The position numbers were made by a program, and so were the translations under genes. DNA of 64,000 bases, from positions 337,277-401,276 of the forward strand of contig CAVPLW010000006.1 of the NCBI GenBank assembly GCA_963706295.1, given 5' to 3'. Every line of letters begins with the position of its first letter. The first letter of the stretch is position 1. Under the pieces are notes generated by a model, which saw only the letters and a program-made list of their open reading frames with translations, searched no databases and was not told where the DNA came from. Shown piece by piece: positions 8,863 through 18,792 of the stretch. The DNA is from an uncultured delta proteobacterium (GTDB taxonomy: Bacteria > Desulfobacterota > Desulfobacteria > Desulfobacterales > UBA11574).

Positions 8863-10230
8863 ATGAATTCATACCCCAGTATCCATTACATGGGCCCCTC
8901 GAATACAGATCAACATCGAATCTACACTGTTTCAGAGCTCACTTCAGATATTAAAGATATACTTGATAAAACCTATCCATTTATCTGGATATACGGTGAA
9001 ATATCGAATTTTAATGTTCCAGCTTCCGGCCATTTTTATTTTACGGTCAAAGATGAACATGCTCAGATCAATGCGGTAATGTTTCGAAATCAAAACCGGA
9101 ATTTAAAATTTAAGCCTGAAGACGGAATAAACATTACAGGGCTTGGTAGAATCACTGTTTATGAGCCTCGTGGAACATACCAGATTATATTTGAGTATCT
9201 TGAACCAAAAGGTACAGGCGCCATCCAACTGGCGTTTGAACAGCTAAAAAAACGTCTTGCAGATGAAGGGTTGTTTGATGAGAAACATAAAAAGCCCCTA
9301 CCCTTTTTGCCCCGAAAAATCAGTATCATTACCTCACCCACCGGAGCTGTTGTCCATGACATTTTAAAAATTATCGATCGTCGTTTCTCAAACCTCCATC
9401 TTGAAATTGTATCCGTCAAAGTGCAGGGATATGGTGCTGAAGACGAGATTATATCCGCCATCGAGATGATAAATTCCCGTTGTGATTCAGATGTGGCTAT
9501 TTTGGCAAGAGGCGGTGGTTCATTGGAAGATTTTCATGCGTTTAATTCAGAGGCTGTTGCCAGAGCTGTTTTTGCTTCTAAGATTCCGATAATTTCAGCA
9601 GTTGGTCATGAAACCGATTTTAGCATAACAGATTTTGTTGCCGACTTTCGAGCACCAACACCATCTGCTGCCGCTGAACTGGCAGTTCCTTTAAAGAAAG
9701 AGCTTTATAGGAAAATTACTAATCTTTCAGAAGTATTGACAACCCGTTTTTTACGGTATTTCGGACAGTTGCAAACCGTTATAAAAAGAATGTCGAATCG
9801 ACTGCTTCATCCCGACAGAAAAATAGTGGACTTAAGGCTAAGAAACGATGACATGCTGGGTCGACTTAACAGAGCGTTTAAAAACAGCTTTCTAAAACAT
9901 CATGAACGACTTTTGTGGCGTATCGAAAGACTCTTTTCCAACGATCCTTCAATACAGATAAAATTACTTAAAGATAAACTTGATATAAAAAATTCTAACA
10001 TTAATATATATATACAAATATTATTAAGTAATAAACGTTCAACACTTCGAGAGCTTGAAGCAAAGCTTTACACTCTAAGCCCTGAGGCAATTCTGGCAAG
10101 GGGATACAGTATTACCAGAACCATCCCGGATGCAGCTGTTATCAGAGATCCCCAAGAGGTGTACATTGGTCAGGATCTTGAAGTAATGGTTGCCGGAGGT
10201 GCCTTTATTTGCTCGGTAAAAAGGAAATAA
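8863..10230 (+). CDS. xseA: Exodeoxyribonuclease VII large subunit
   Basis: The OB-fold signature IWIYGEISNFNVPASGHFYFTVKDEHAQINAVMF and the catalytic region ARGGGSLEDF are present. The gene is followed directly by xseB. Confidence 0.93.
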   Translation: MNSYPSIHYMGPSNTDQHRIYTVSELTSDIKDILDKTYPFIWIYGEISNFNVPASGHFYFTVKDEHAQINAVMFRNQNRNLKFKPEDGINITGLGRITVYEPRGTYQIIFEYLEPKGTGAIQLAFEQLKKRLADEGLFDEKHKKPLPFLPRKISIITSPTGAVVHDILKIIDRRFSNLHLEIVSVKVQGYGAEDEIISAIEMINSRCDSDVAILARGGGSLEDFHAFNSEAVARAVFASKIPIISAVGHETDFSITDFVADFRAPTPSAAAELAVPLKKELYRKITNLSEVLTTRFLRYFGQLQTVIKRMSNRLLHPDRKIVDLRLRNDDMLGRLNRAFKNSFLKHHERLLWRIERLFSNDPSIQIKLLKDKLDIKNSNINIYIQILLSNKRSTLRELEAKLYTLSPEAILARGYSITRTIPDAAVIRDPQEVYIGQDLEVMVAGGAFICSVKRK

Positions 10231-10234
10231 CATT

Positions 10235-10477
10235 ATGGCCAATCAGACCTTTGAAAAAGCGATGAATAAACTTGAAAAGATTGTTCAAGAACTTGAATCC
10301 ACTGACCTGCCGCTTGAAAAAGCAATAAAAAAATTTGAAGAAGGTGTTCAGCTGTCCAAATTTTGCTCTGAAAAACTCGATGAAACTGAAAAAAGGATTA
10401 CCATTTTGCTAAAGGATCAGAACGATCGTGTATTTGACAAACCGTTTATCTCGGAAACCGAGTCTGATGATGAATAG
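10235..10477 (+). CDS. xseB: Exodeoxyribonuclease VII small subunit
   Basis: 80 aa. FEKAMNKLEKIVQELESTDLPLEKAIKKFEEGVQL is the typical XseB helix-hairpin. Confidence 0.9.
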   Translation: MANQTFEKAMNKLEKIVQELESTDLPLEKAIKKFEEGVQLSKFCSEKLDETEKRITILLKDQNDRVFDKPFISETESDDE

Positions 10478-11360
10478 TTTTGATCTGAAGTCATATCTTT
10501 CTTCTAAAAGAGAGCACATTAACGAAGCGCTTGATTCGATATTCGCGAATACTTCAAGTAAAATTGTAAAAGCCATGAAGTATTCACTTATGGCGGGCGG
10601 AAAACGGATAAGACCGGTTTTATGTGTAGCTGCTGCCGAAACAGTTGGAGGGCAGAGCCAAGATGTGATCAGAGCTGCCTGTGCCCTTGAAATGATTCAC
10701 ACCTATTCGCTAATCCATGATGACCTCCCTGCTATGGACAACGATGAAATACGAAGGGGGCAGCCAACCTGTCATGTGGCCTTTGATGAAGCCACAGCAA
10801 TTCTTGCCGGTGATGCCCTTCTCACCCTGGCTTTTGAGGTGCTTTCGTCAATTGAGTTTATCCAAGAAAATCATGTTCTAAATTGGATGAATGTTATACA
10901 TACCCTATCGACAGCTGCCGGATATAAGGGAATGATTGAAGGACAGATGCAGGACATGGCCGGTGAAGGCCACTTGCTTTGTTTAGAGGAGCTTGAGAAC
11001 ATGCATGCCTTAAAAACAGGTGCTCTGATTGAAGCATCCGTAACTGTTGGGGCAATTTTAGCTAAAGGAAGCCTTGATCAGATTCAACAGCTTAAAACGT
11101 ATGCAAAAAATATTGGGCTTGCATTTCAGGTCACCGATGACTTATTGGACGTTGAAGGTGATCCAAATGTTATGGGAAAAGATGTGGGTTCGGATCAAGC
11201 ACGAAGTAAAAGCACCTACCCCGCTCTTCTTGGAATAGAGCAATCAAAGCAATTCGCGAAAAAACTTGTAAACAATGCCTTGAAAGCACTTGATTATTTT
11301 GATAACAAAGCTCATCCTCTCCGGGCTATTGCATATTATATTGTTGATAGAAAAAAATAA
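10467..11360 (+). CDS. ispA: Farnesyl/geranyl-diphosphate synthase (polyprenyl synthetase)
   Basis: The first Asp-rich motif LIHDDLPAMDNDEIRRG and the second motif FQVTDDLLD are present. The ATG at 10467 overlaps the xseB end by 11 nt. Confidence 0.92.
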   Translation: MMNSFDLKSYLSSKREHINEALDSIFANTSSKIVKAMKYSLMAGGKRIRPVLCVAAAETVGGQSQDVIRAACALEMIHTYSLIHDDLPAMDNDEIRRGQPTCHVAFDEATAILAGDALLTLAFEVLSSIEFIQENHVLNWMNVIHTLSTAAGYKGMIEGQMQDMAGEGHLLCLEELENMHALKTGALIEASVTVGAILAKGSLDQIQQLKTYAKNIGLAFQVTDDLLDVEGDPNVMGKDVGSDQARSKSTYPALLGIEQSKQFAKKLVNNALKALDYFDNKAHPLRAIAYYIVDRKK

Positions 11361-11374
11361 GGGGTCATAATACG

Positions 11375-13252
11375 TTGAGCTTTCTTGAAAAAATTAATTC
11401 ACCTAAAGATTTAAAAAAAATGTCTAAAAATGATCTGCCGCTTCTTGCCTCAGAAATACGGAAGATTATTATCGACGTGGTATCTAAAAATGGCGGCCAC
11501 CTTGCACCAAGTCTGGGCGCTGTTGAACTGGCCATTGCCATCCACTATGTCTTTAACGCCCCTGATGATAAAATTATATGGGATGTTGGACACCAGTCTT
11601 ATGCGCATAAGCTGCTTACCGGAAGAAGAGAACGGTTTCACACCCTACGTCAGTATAATGGAATATGCGGGTTTACACGTATGAGTGAAAGCCCCTATGA
11701 TGCTTTTTCAACCGGCCACAGCAGCACTTCAATATCTGCAGGGCTTGGAATTGCATGTGCCAAGCGTTTGAAAAATGATAATTCCAAGGTTATCGCCGTT
11801 ATAGGAGACGGCTCTATGACTGCAGGGCTTGCCTATGAGGGCCTTAACCAGGCAGGAGACATTAATAAAAACATTCTCGTTATACTTAACGACAATGATA
11901 TGTCTATTGCACGCAATGTAGGTGCTGTATCTTCTTTATTAAGCCGCGCATTTTCAGCAAAATATTTACAGGATTTTAAAAAGGAAGTGGGAGACTTTCT
12001 TAAATCTTTGCCAAAATATGGAGACGATATCTATCAATTTGCAAAGCGTTCCAAAGAGTCCTTTAAAACGTTTATAACTCCTGGGATGTTGTTTGAAGCC
12101 TTTAATTTTGAATATTTTGGTCCTATAAACGGCCATAAACTTGATCATCTCATCGATATTCTTAATAATGTTAAATGTCTAAACGAGCCAGTACTACTCC
12201 ATGTAACGACGACAAAAGGCAAAGGATACCCACCTTCTGAAAAAAATCCAGTCTATTTTCATGGTGTTGGATGCTTTGACGCTGATACTGGAGAAAGTAT
12301 AAAAGAAGATTATACGATTCCGACATATACTCATGTTTTTGGACAAACGTTGCTCAAAATGGCGTCAGAAGACCATAGAATCATCGCGGTGACCGCTGCA
12401 ATGCCCGAAGGTACAGGTCTCTCGGATTTTGCACATGCCTATCCGGATCGCTTTTTTGATGTGGGAATCGCTGAGCAGCACGCCGTAACTTTTGCAGCAG
12501 GATTAGCAACAGAAGGATTCAGGCCTGTAGTGGCCATATATTCAACGTTTTTGCAGCGTGCCTATGACCAGATATTACATGATGTGTGTATTGAGGCAGT
12601 CCCAGTTATTTTTGCAGTGGACCGCGGTGGAATTGTCGGTGAGGATGGAGCGACCCATAACGGTGTTTTTGATTTATCTTATCTTAGAAGTCTTCCCAAC
12701 ATGGTGGTCATGGCACCCAAGGATGAAAATGAACTTTGCAGAATGCTGACCACAGCTATCGCCCATAATGGCCCCATTGCGATTCGATATCCCAGGGGAA
12801 CCGCTGAGGGTGAAAAAGTGGAAAATCAAGATATCCCCATACCCATCGGTAAAGGAGAAGTGCTTAAAAAAGGAGATGATGTTGTTATCTTCGCCATCGG
12901 TCGGTCAGTTAACGAAGCGCTTTCCGCTCATGGCATGCTCAAAGAGCATAATATTTCTGCAACGGTTGTAAATTGTCGTTTTGTAAAACCCCTTGATGCC
13001 GATTTGATAGGGTCTCTTTCCAGAAAAATACCGCGAATTATAACCATTGAAGAGAATGTTCGTCAGGGAGGATTTGGAAGTGCGGTTTTGGAATGTCTGG
13101 CCGATCAGGAGATAACAGGGTTTCGTTTGAAATGTATCGGAATACCGGATACCTTTGTTGAACACGGTGCTCAGGAGTTTCTCAGGTCTAAATATGGTGT
13201 TGATGCGTCCGCTATATTCAATGCAGCGAAAAAGCTGATGAATGATACCTGA
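11375..13252 (+). CDS. dxs: 1-deoxy-D-xylulose-5-phosphate synthase
   Basis: GGHLAPSLGAVELAIAIHYVFNAPDDKIIWDVGHQSYAHKLLTGR and the ThDP motif GDGSMTAG are present across 625 aa. The start is a TTG. Confidence 0.95.
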   Translation: MSFLEKINSPKDLKKMSKNDLPLLASEIRKIIIDVVSKNGGHLAPSLGAVELAIAIHYVFNAPDDKIIWDVGHQSYAHKLLTGRRERFHTLRQYNGICGFTRMSESPYDAFSTGHSSTSISAGLGIACAKRLKNDNSKVIAVIGDGSMTAGLAYEGLNQAGDINKNILVILNDNDMSIARNVGAVSSLLSRAFSAKYLQDFKKEVGDFLKSLPKYGDDIYQFAKRSKESFKTFITPGMLFEAFNFEYFGPINGHKLDHLIDILNNVKCLNEPVLLHVTTTKGKGYPPSEKNPVYFHGVGCFDADTGESIKEDYTIPTYTHVFGQTLLKMASEDHRIIAVTAAMPEGTGLSDFAHAYPDRFFDVGIAEQHAVTFAAGLATEGFRPVVAIYSTFLQRAYDQILHDVCIEAVPVIFAVDRGGIVGEDGATHNGVFDLSYLRSLPNMVVMAPKDENELCRMLTTAIAHNGPIAIRYPRGTAEGEKVENQDIPIPIGKGEVLKKGDDVVIFAIGRSVNEALSAHGMLKEHNISATVVNCRFVKPLDADLIGSLSRKIPRIITIEENVRQGGFGSAVLECLADQEITGFRLKCIGIPDTFVEHGAQEFLRSKYGVDASAIFNAAKKLMNDT

Positions 13253-13995
13253 TGGCTGCAGGTAAAAAAAGACTTGATCTGGTCGTGGTAGAAAAAGGGC
13301 TTGTGCACAGTCGCCAACGCGCCCAAGCTCTGATTATGGCTGGGAAAGTTCTGGTTAATAACCAAATTGTGGATAAACCCGGCACATCCGTTTTACCAGA
13401 GGACGATATTTTTCTTCAAGGGGAAGATCATCCCTATGTCAGCAGAGGTGGCCTTAAACTCGAAAAAGCACTTCATACCTTGGGAATCAATATCAACGGT
13501 TTTGTGTGTCTCGATGTGGGCGCATCCACGGGCGGTTTCACTGACTGTCTTTTACAACATGGTGCAGGCCGTGTTTATGCTGTAGATGTCGGTTATGGTC
13601 AGCTGGCTTGGAAATTGAGGCAGAATCCTCGAGTTGTTGTTATAGAACGAATGAACATACGGCATATGCAGCCTGAAACCCTTCCGCAACTCGTAGATCT
13701 TGTGACCATAGATGTTTCCTTTATTTCCCTTAAAAAGGTTGTTCCCGAGATATTAAAATTTATGAAAAAAAGTGCTGGAATTCTGGCGTTGGTTAAACCC
13801 CAATTTGAGGTGGGGAAAAGGAATGTCGGAAAAGGTGGGGTGGTACGTGACCCGGTTCTTCATGCTCAAGTTATCGAAAATCTTTCTGATTTTTTTGTAA
13901 AAAAGCATCTTTTCAGCGAATGGGTTATTCCCTCTCCTATATTGGGACCAAAAGGAAACATAGAGTTTTTCATTTCATTAAAATTTGAAAGTTGA
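13252..13995 (+). CDS. tlyA: TlyA-family 16S/23S rRNA (cytidine-2'-O)-methyltransferase
   Basis: It has an S4-like N-terminus (RLDLVVVEKGLVHSRQRAQALIMAGKVLVN) and the FtsJ SAM motif DVGASTGGFTDCLLQHGA. The start overlaps the dxs stop (TGATG). Confidence 0.9.
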   Translation: MAAGKKRLDLVVVEKGLVHSRQRAQALIMAGKVLVNNQIVDKPGTSVLPEDDIFLQGEDHPYVSRGGLKLEKALHTLGININGFVCLDVGASTGGFTDCLLQHGAGRVYAVDVGYGQLAWKLRQNPRVVVIERMNIRHMQPETLPQLVDLVTIDVSFISLKKVVPEILKFMKKSAGILALVKPQFEVGKRNVGKGGVVRDPVLHAQVIENLSDFFVKKHLFSEWVIPSPILGPKGNIEFFISLKFES

Positions 13996-14204
13996 GCTTG
14001 ATTTTTTATATATAAACCTATAAAAAATTTAGATTTAGGATTATTACTCAAATTTCGCACCGTTTATTTTCGGCTACGTCAATAAAGCGTCCTATGGCTT
14101 GGAAATTTTTTTAGTAAAATATATGGTGTCATATACGAGTGGGAAAATTGAGTTATTATGTATCTAAATCTACACTTTTTTACTTTTAGCAGAGAGGAGA
14201 TTAA

Positions 14205-16277
14205 ATGGCCGAAACAATAGAAAGTTTAAGGAACATTGCTTTTGCATCCCACGGCGGTGCAGGAAAAACTTCTCTGGCCGAAACAATGCTTTTCAATGCA
14301 GGTATCATTAACAGAATTGGCCGCGTTGAAGACGGCAACACTGCAATGGACTTTGAGCCGGAAGAACTTAAACGCAATTCAAGCTTAAGCAGCGGATTCC
14401 ATCAATTCAACTGGAAAAAGCATACCGTTAGCCTCATTGATACACCCGGTGATCAAAATTTCTTTTCAGATACAAAAAGCTGCATGCAGGCTGCCGACAG
14501 CGCGGTTATTGTGGTGGATGCCGTAGACGGAATAAAAGTTCAAACCGAACAAGCCTGGGATTTTGCTGAAGCATTTAAGTTACCATGTATTATTTTTATC
14601 AACAAACTCGATAGGGAACGTGCTGATTTTATGCGCGCTTTCAAAGATGCTGTCGAATGTTTTGAGCCGAAACCGATGATCATACAGATCCCAATAGGAT
14701 CCGAAGCAAACTTTAGCGGCATCATTGACATAGTTAGCATGAAAGCTTACACCTATGATGACAAGGGCAAAGCAACGAAAATTGACATCCCCTCAGATAT
14801 GCAGGATATGGTTTCAGAAGAGCGAGAGGCTCTTGTGGAAAATGTTATCGAGTCAGATGACGAGCTTCTGGAAAGGTATCTTGAAGGAGAACCGCTGTCA
14901 GATGATGAAATAAAGGTTGCTTTAAAAAAAGGGATCTTGTCGCGGTCATTTGTCCCTGTTCTTTGTGGGTCGGTCACAAAAAATATCGGTGTGGATCTCT
15001 TGCAGGATTTTATTATTCATTGCATGCCTTCACCGCTGGATCGAGGCTCCTGGATCGCAGCTGATGCGACTGGAGATGGCGAAATAGAATGTCGTCCTGA
15101 TCCCGATGCTCCCTTCTCTGGTTTTGTGTTCAAAACTGTTGCCGATCCATTTGCCGGACGTCTTTCAATATTCAGGATTGTTTCAGGGACACTTGGGGGG
15201 GACGGAAATTTCTTTAACGTTAACAAAGATACAAGTGAAAGATATAACCAACTTTTAAGGCTTGCCGGAAAAGAACAGAAGCAAATTACCAAGGCCGGTC
15301 CCGGTGCAATCGTTGCTGTGGCGAAATTAAAAGTGACAACCACCGGTGATACCATTTGCAATAGTGGCCAAAAGGTTAAATTTAAATGCGCAGATCCCCT
15401 TCCGCCTTTGATTTCATTTGCCGTAAAAGCCAAGTCTAAAGGGGATGAGGACAAAGTATTCATCTCTTTATCAAAACTATTGGAAGAAGATATGTCCCTA
15501 CAGCTTACACGCAATCCCGAAACAAAGCAGATTCTGTTATCCGGCCGTGGGCAGGTTCATATTGAAGTTACGACTGAAAAACTCAAAAGGAAGTTCAACG
15601 TTGAGGTCCAATTGGATACACCTAAAGTCCCCTATAAAGAGACCATTACCAAGAAAGTCAGGGTCCAGGGAAAACATAAAAAGCAGACCGGAGGCCATGG
15701 TCAGTTTGGTGACTGTTGGATTCAGATAGAACCGCTTCCCAGAGGAAAAGGTTTTGAGTTCGAAAATAAAATTGTTGGTGGTGTTATCCCCAGACAGTAT
15801 ATACCGGCTGTGGAAAAAGGTGTCATTGAATCGTCTCAAAAAGGGGTTCTTACAGGGTTCCCGTGTGTCGATTTTAAAGTTATCCTCGACGACGGTTCTT
15901 TTCATGCTGTAGATTCATCTGAAATGGCATTTAAAATCGCAGGTTCTCTCGCTTTCAAAAAGGCCGCTAAAGATGCCGGCCCTGTTCTTTTGGAACCGAT
16001 TATGAATGTATCAGTTATTACTCCGGATGAATACATGGGTGACATCATGGGAGATCTTAACAGCAGGCGTGGCCGAGTCCTTGGTATGGACAGCAAGGGT
16101 AAAAATCAGGTGATTAAAGCACAGGTGCCCATGACCGAATTTTTAAGCTATGCACCTGATTTAAATTCAATTACCGGAGGCCGGGGCTTCTTTACCATGG
16201 AATTTTCACATTACGCCGAAGTTCCTGCCCAAATCTCCCAAAAAATTGTTGAAGAAATAAACAAAGCCAAAGAATAG
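14205..16277 (+). CDS. Elongation factor G paralogue (EF-G-like GTPase)
   Basis: 690 aa with full five-domain EF-G collinearity (DTPGDQNF, NKLDRE, HGQFGDCWI). The P-loop reads SHGGAGKTSL rather than the canonical AHIDAGKTT. Confidence 0.85.
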   Translation: MAETIESLRNIAFASHGGAGKTSLAETMLFNAGIINRIGRVEDGNTAMDFEPEELKRNSSLSSGFHQFNWKKHTVSLIDTPGDQNFFSDTKSCMQAADSAVIVVDAVDGIKVQTEQAWDFAEAFKLPCIIFINKLDRERADFMRAFKDAVECFEPKPMIIQIPIGSEANFSGIIDIVSMKAYTYDDKGKATKIDIPSDMQDMVSEEREALVENVIESDDELLERYLEGEPLSDDEIKVALKKGILSRSFVPVLCGSVTKNIGVDLLQDFIIHCMPSPLDRGSWIAADATGDGEIECRPDPDAPFSGFVFKTVADPFAGRLSIFRIVSGTLGGDGNFFNVNKDTSERYNQLLRLAGKEQKQITKAGPGAIVAVAKLKVTTTGDTICNSGQKVKFKCADPLPPLISFAVKAKSKGDEDKVFISLSKLLEEDMSLQLTRNPETKQILLSGRGQVHIEVTTEKLKRKFNVEVQLDTPKVPYKETITKKVRVQGKHKKQTGGHGQFGDCWIQIEPLPRGKGFEFENKIVGGVIPRQYIPAVEKGVIESSQKGVLTGFPCVDFKVILDDGSFHAVDSSEMAFKIAGSLAFKKAAKDAGPVLLEPIMNVSVITPDEYMGDIMGDLNSRRGRVLGMDSKGKNQVIKAQVPMTEFLSYAPDLNSITGGRGFFTMEFSHYAEVPAQISQKIVEEINKAKE

Positions 16278-16284
16278 CCAATTT

Positions 16285-16336
16285 TGAAAGTCCGCTATTT
16301 CCGCCTCCGAATTTCGGTGGATCTGGCGGACTTTCA
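16285..16336. terminator. Bidirectional hairpin between convergent genes
   Basis: tgaaagtccgc (16285-16295) pairs perfectly with gcggactttca (16326-16336). An inner ccgaa/ttcgg hairpin is also present. Confidence 0.5.
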
Positions 16337-16340
16337 ACCC

Positions 16341-16982
16341 TTAATACCCGCCTCTCATACATCGTTTGCAGGGTGCAAAACCAGACCAAAATGCGTCCCA
16401 TTTTCTTGTAAAAAAGACCCTGTTTCTTTTTTCTATTCTTTTTCCATACGGACATGTTTTCAAATGAAACCGTTTCGATCTTTCACTCCCCAAATATTCT
16501 TCGCCCTCTTTATCATTCGAAATACGCCACATCCCTTGTTTAGCCGACATGGCATCCCTTTGGGTCTGTAACAACATCCTCTCGTATTTTACATTCGGTT
16601 TTCGAGGCAGTGCATAAGCGTATCCTTTTTCTATCATTTCTTTATTTATAAAAGTACCGTCTAATAAAAAAATGTATGCCAGTGATCGACCATAACGGTC
16701 ATACTTTTCTTTGTCGAATTCCAATCTCACCTTTTTTGATCGAACTAGTGATTGATTGTATTTTTTTGCCGCATATCCAAATGCTTCTGCTTTTTGATTG
16801 TCATGGGCAATCTCGGGTGCGTTTATGCCGATATAACGCACATGCCGGCCATCACTGAGTACAATAGTATCTCCGTCATTTACCCATTTTACCTTGTACC
16901 ATTCCTGCACTAATGCGGTTCGGCTGAATAACAAGACCGATAATAAAATTAGCTGTAAATACAAAAAATATTTTCGCATCAT
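16341..16982 (-). CDS. Secreted thermonuclease (SNase) family protein with a C-terminal Ada-type zinc-finger-like tail
   Basis: A signal-like N-terminus MMRKYFLYLQLILLSVLLFS is followed by the SNase core VNDGDTIVLSDGRHVRYIGINAPE. The C-terminus FHLKTCPYGKRIEKRNRVFFTRKWDAFWSGFAPCKRC follows the Ada metal-binding pattern. Confidence 0.8.
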   Translation of the reverse strand: MMRKYFLYLQLILLSVLLFSRTALVQEWYKVKWVNDGDTIVLSDGRHVRYIGINAPEIAHDNQKAEAFGYAAKKYNQSLVRSKKVRLEFDKEKYDRYGRSLAYIFLLDGTFINKEMIEKGYAYALPRKPNVKYERMLLQTQRDAMSAKQGMWRISNDKEGEEYLGSERSKRFHLKTCPYGKRIEKRNRVFFTRKWDAFWSGFAPCKRCMRGGY

Positions 16983-17011
16983 TTTATTATTATTTATCAA
17001 GTGGATGGACA

Positions 17012-18115
17012 CTAAATTGTATCTAAACCACAGTGCTTTGCAGCACTTTTATCCAGAATATTCGATAAACCGCCGTAATCTGAAGGAACAAATCCAAGAG
17101 ACTTTTTCCAGACCTCATCGTCTTCCATACATAAATAAATCATCACATCAGGAGCATAGTCCCTTATGTATGACACTATCTTTCGATACAGATCGATTCT
17201 TAATGGTTTAAAATAACGCATCTTTCCGTCAAGGCCGGATATAAATTCCCCGTAAATGATCTTTGATTTTGGAAAGCGTTTTTGTATGATCGGCTTCAAA
17301 GCAGGTACAAAGCGAAAAGTGCCAAGGCTGATCCATACAATATTTTCAGAAGATATATGGGAAAACAACTGCTCAACGACACTCGTGTATTCTTCTTCAC
17401 ACCCGTCATAGATCACCAAGGGATCAAAATGAAAGCCAAGGGGATAACCCCAGGACTCACATTTTGCAGCAGCACGAAGTCTATCAGAGAGAGATGTCGT
17501 ATGGCGTTCCTCATTTTTAATAATACGGGGTGTATTCAAAGACCATGACACAATCGTTTTGTGATTGTGGTGAAGTGCTTTCAGTTTTTTTATGTTCACT
17601 GTTTTAGTTTTAAGTTCCAATACGGCTCTGGACTGTTTTGAAAATTTAGGTACAAGAAGATCTGAGAGATCCGTCCAATTATCCCAAATCATGCTGTCTG
17701 TAAATTCTCCGGTTCCGATTCTGGTTAAGGTTTTATTTAAAAAAAGACGGTCTATCTCTACCAGAAGTTCATCGTGATTGACAAAATATTGCAGTATGGG
17801 TGGATGAAAGTAGGTTTGAAGAATGCAATATGAACAGTCCATGGTACAAAATGTGCCCATATGCAGAATCTGATAACCACAGCATGTATATGACCGTGTT
17901 CCGGGACATGGCTTAATAAAGGCGCCTTTATTTCGGGTGAGAAATAAGATCCTTTTGCCTTTTTGGACCGAATCATCAGACGATAAAACCGATTTATAAA
18001 CCTCTTTTGAACTATGAACGATTGAAACCGGTACATTAGGGATGCGTGATCGAATGGAAACAACCTGGGGGGAATGGAGTACCTGTTGATCGATATATAG
18101 TTTTACAAGGGACAA
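17012..18115 (-). CDS. Spore-photoproduct-lyase-like radical SAM enzyme
   Basis: The radical-SAM cluster motif CTMDCSYC is preceded by PCPGTRSYTCCGYQILHMG. Length and layout fit SplB-family proteins. The start is a TTG. Confidence 0.75.
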   Translation of the reverse strand: MSLVKLYIDQQVLHSPQVVSIRSRIPNVPVSIVHSSKEVYKSVLSSDDSVQKGKRILFLTRNKGAFIKPCPGTRSYTCCGYQILHMGTFCTMDCSYCILQTYFHPPILQYFVNHDELLVEIDRLFLNKTLTRIGTGEFTDSMIWDNWTDLSDLLVPKFSKQSRAVLELKTKTVNIKKLKALHHNHKTIVSWSLNTPRIIKNEERHTTSLSDRLRAAAKCESWGYPLGFHFDPLVIYDGCEEEYTSVVEQLFSHISSENIVWISLGTFRFVPALKPIIQKRFPKSKIIYGEFISGLDGKMRYFKPLRIDLYRKIVSYIRDYAPDVMIYLCMEDDEVWKKSLGFVPSDYGGLSNILDKSAAKHCGLDTI

Positions 18116-18422
18116 GGGAATAATTTAATTTAATGTATGAATGTTTTCATTTATTGAATGTAATTAGAAAATTGTCTTTTAAAAAGATAGTAAAACATAT
18201 ATTATGGGTCAAGCATGAAAACAAATCTTTAAGAACTTTATCAATAATGGGCAAATGAGGGCATTTTTCAAAGGTCTCTTGACACATGATCGCCGCATTG
18301 ATAATTGTTGGAGTCCGTGGTCATTTCAAACGAAACACAATACAAAAAGATACAAAACACTTGATGATTTCGACATGTTACGAATATATCAGGTGTGATA
18401 TCTTCAGGAGATCTTAGAAAGC

Positions 18423-18701
18423 ATGCTGCTGAGTATACAAAGAAAAGGGAAGAAAGTTTTAATGGATGGAGAAGAGCTGCAGGAATATATGTCAGTAAAG
18501 CTCAATGAACTCGCCGGATTACTCTCAAATATGGCGATAGCCTTGGTTATGACCAGTCTGTTGGTTGTTTTCACTTTCTTTAGGGCTGGAGATATGTACT
18601 TCTATGCTATCATTCTTCTCCCACTTGTAGGACGCTGGTATATGGGGGGTATGGTCAACAAGTGGCTCAGAAATAAATTCAAAGAACTTTTATATACATA
18701 A
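18423..18701 (+). CDS. Small two-TM membrane protein (92 aa), hypothetical
   Basis: The ORF has two hydrophobic stretches (MAIALVMTSLLVVFTFF and FYAIILLPLVG). No family was recognised. Confidence 0.4.
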   Translation: MLLSIQRKGKKVLMDGEELQEYMSVKLNELAGLLSNMAIALVMTSLLVVFTFFRAGDMYFYAIILLPLVGRWYMGGMVNKWLRNKFKELLYT

Positions 18702-18792
18702 TCGTCTGCAACTTTAGACAAAGGTAAGTTTTTTCTCCAGTTACGCATCCGAATATGGCTAAAGAGTCCTTGAAGTCGTAGAGGTGACAATA

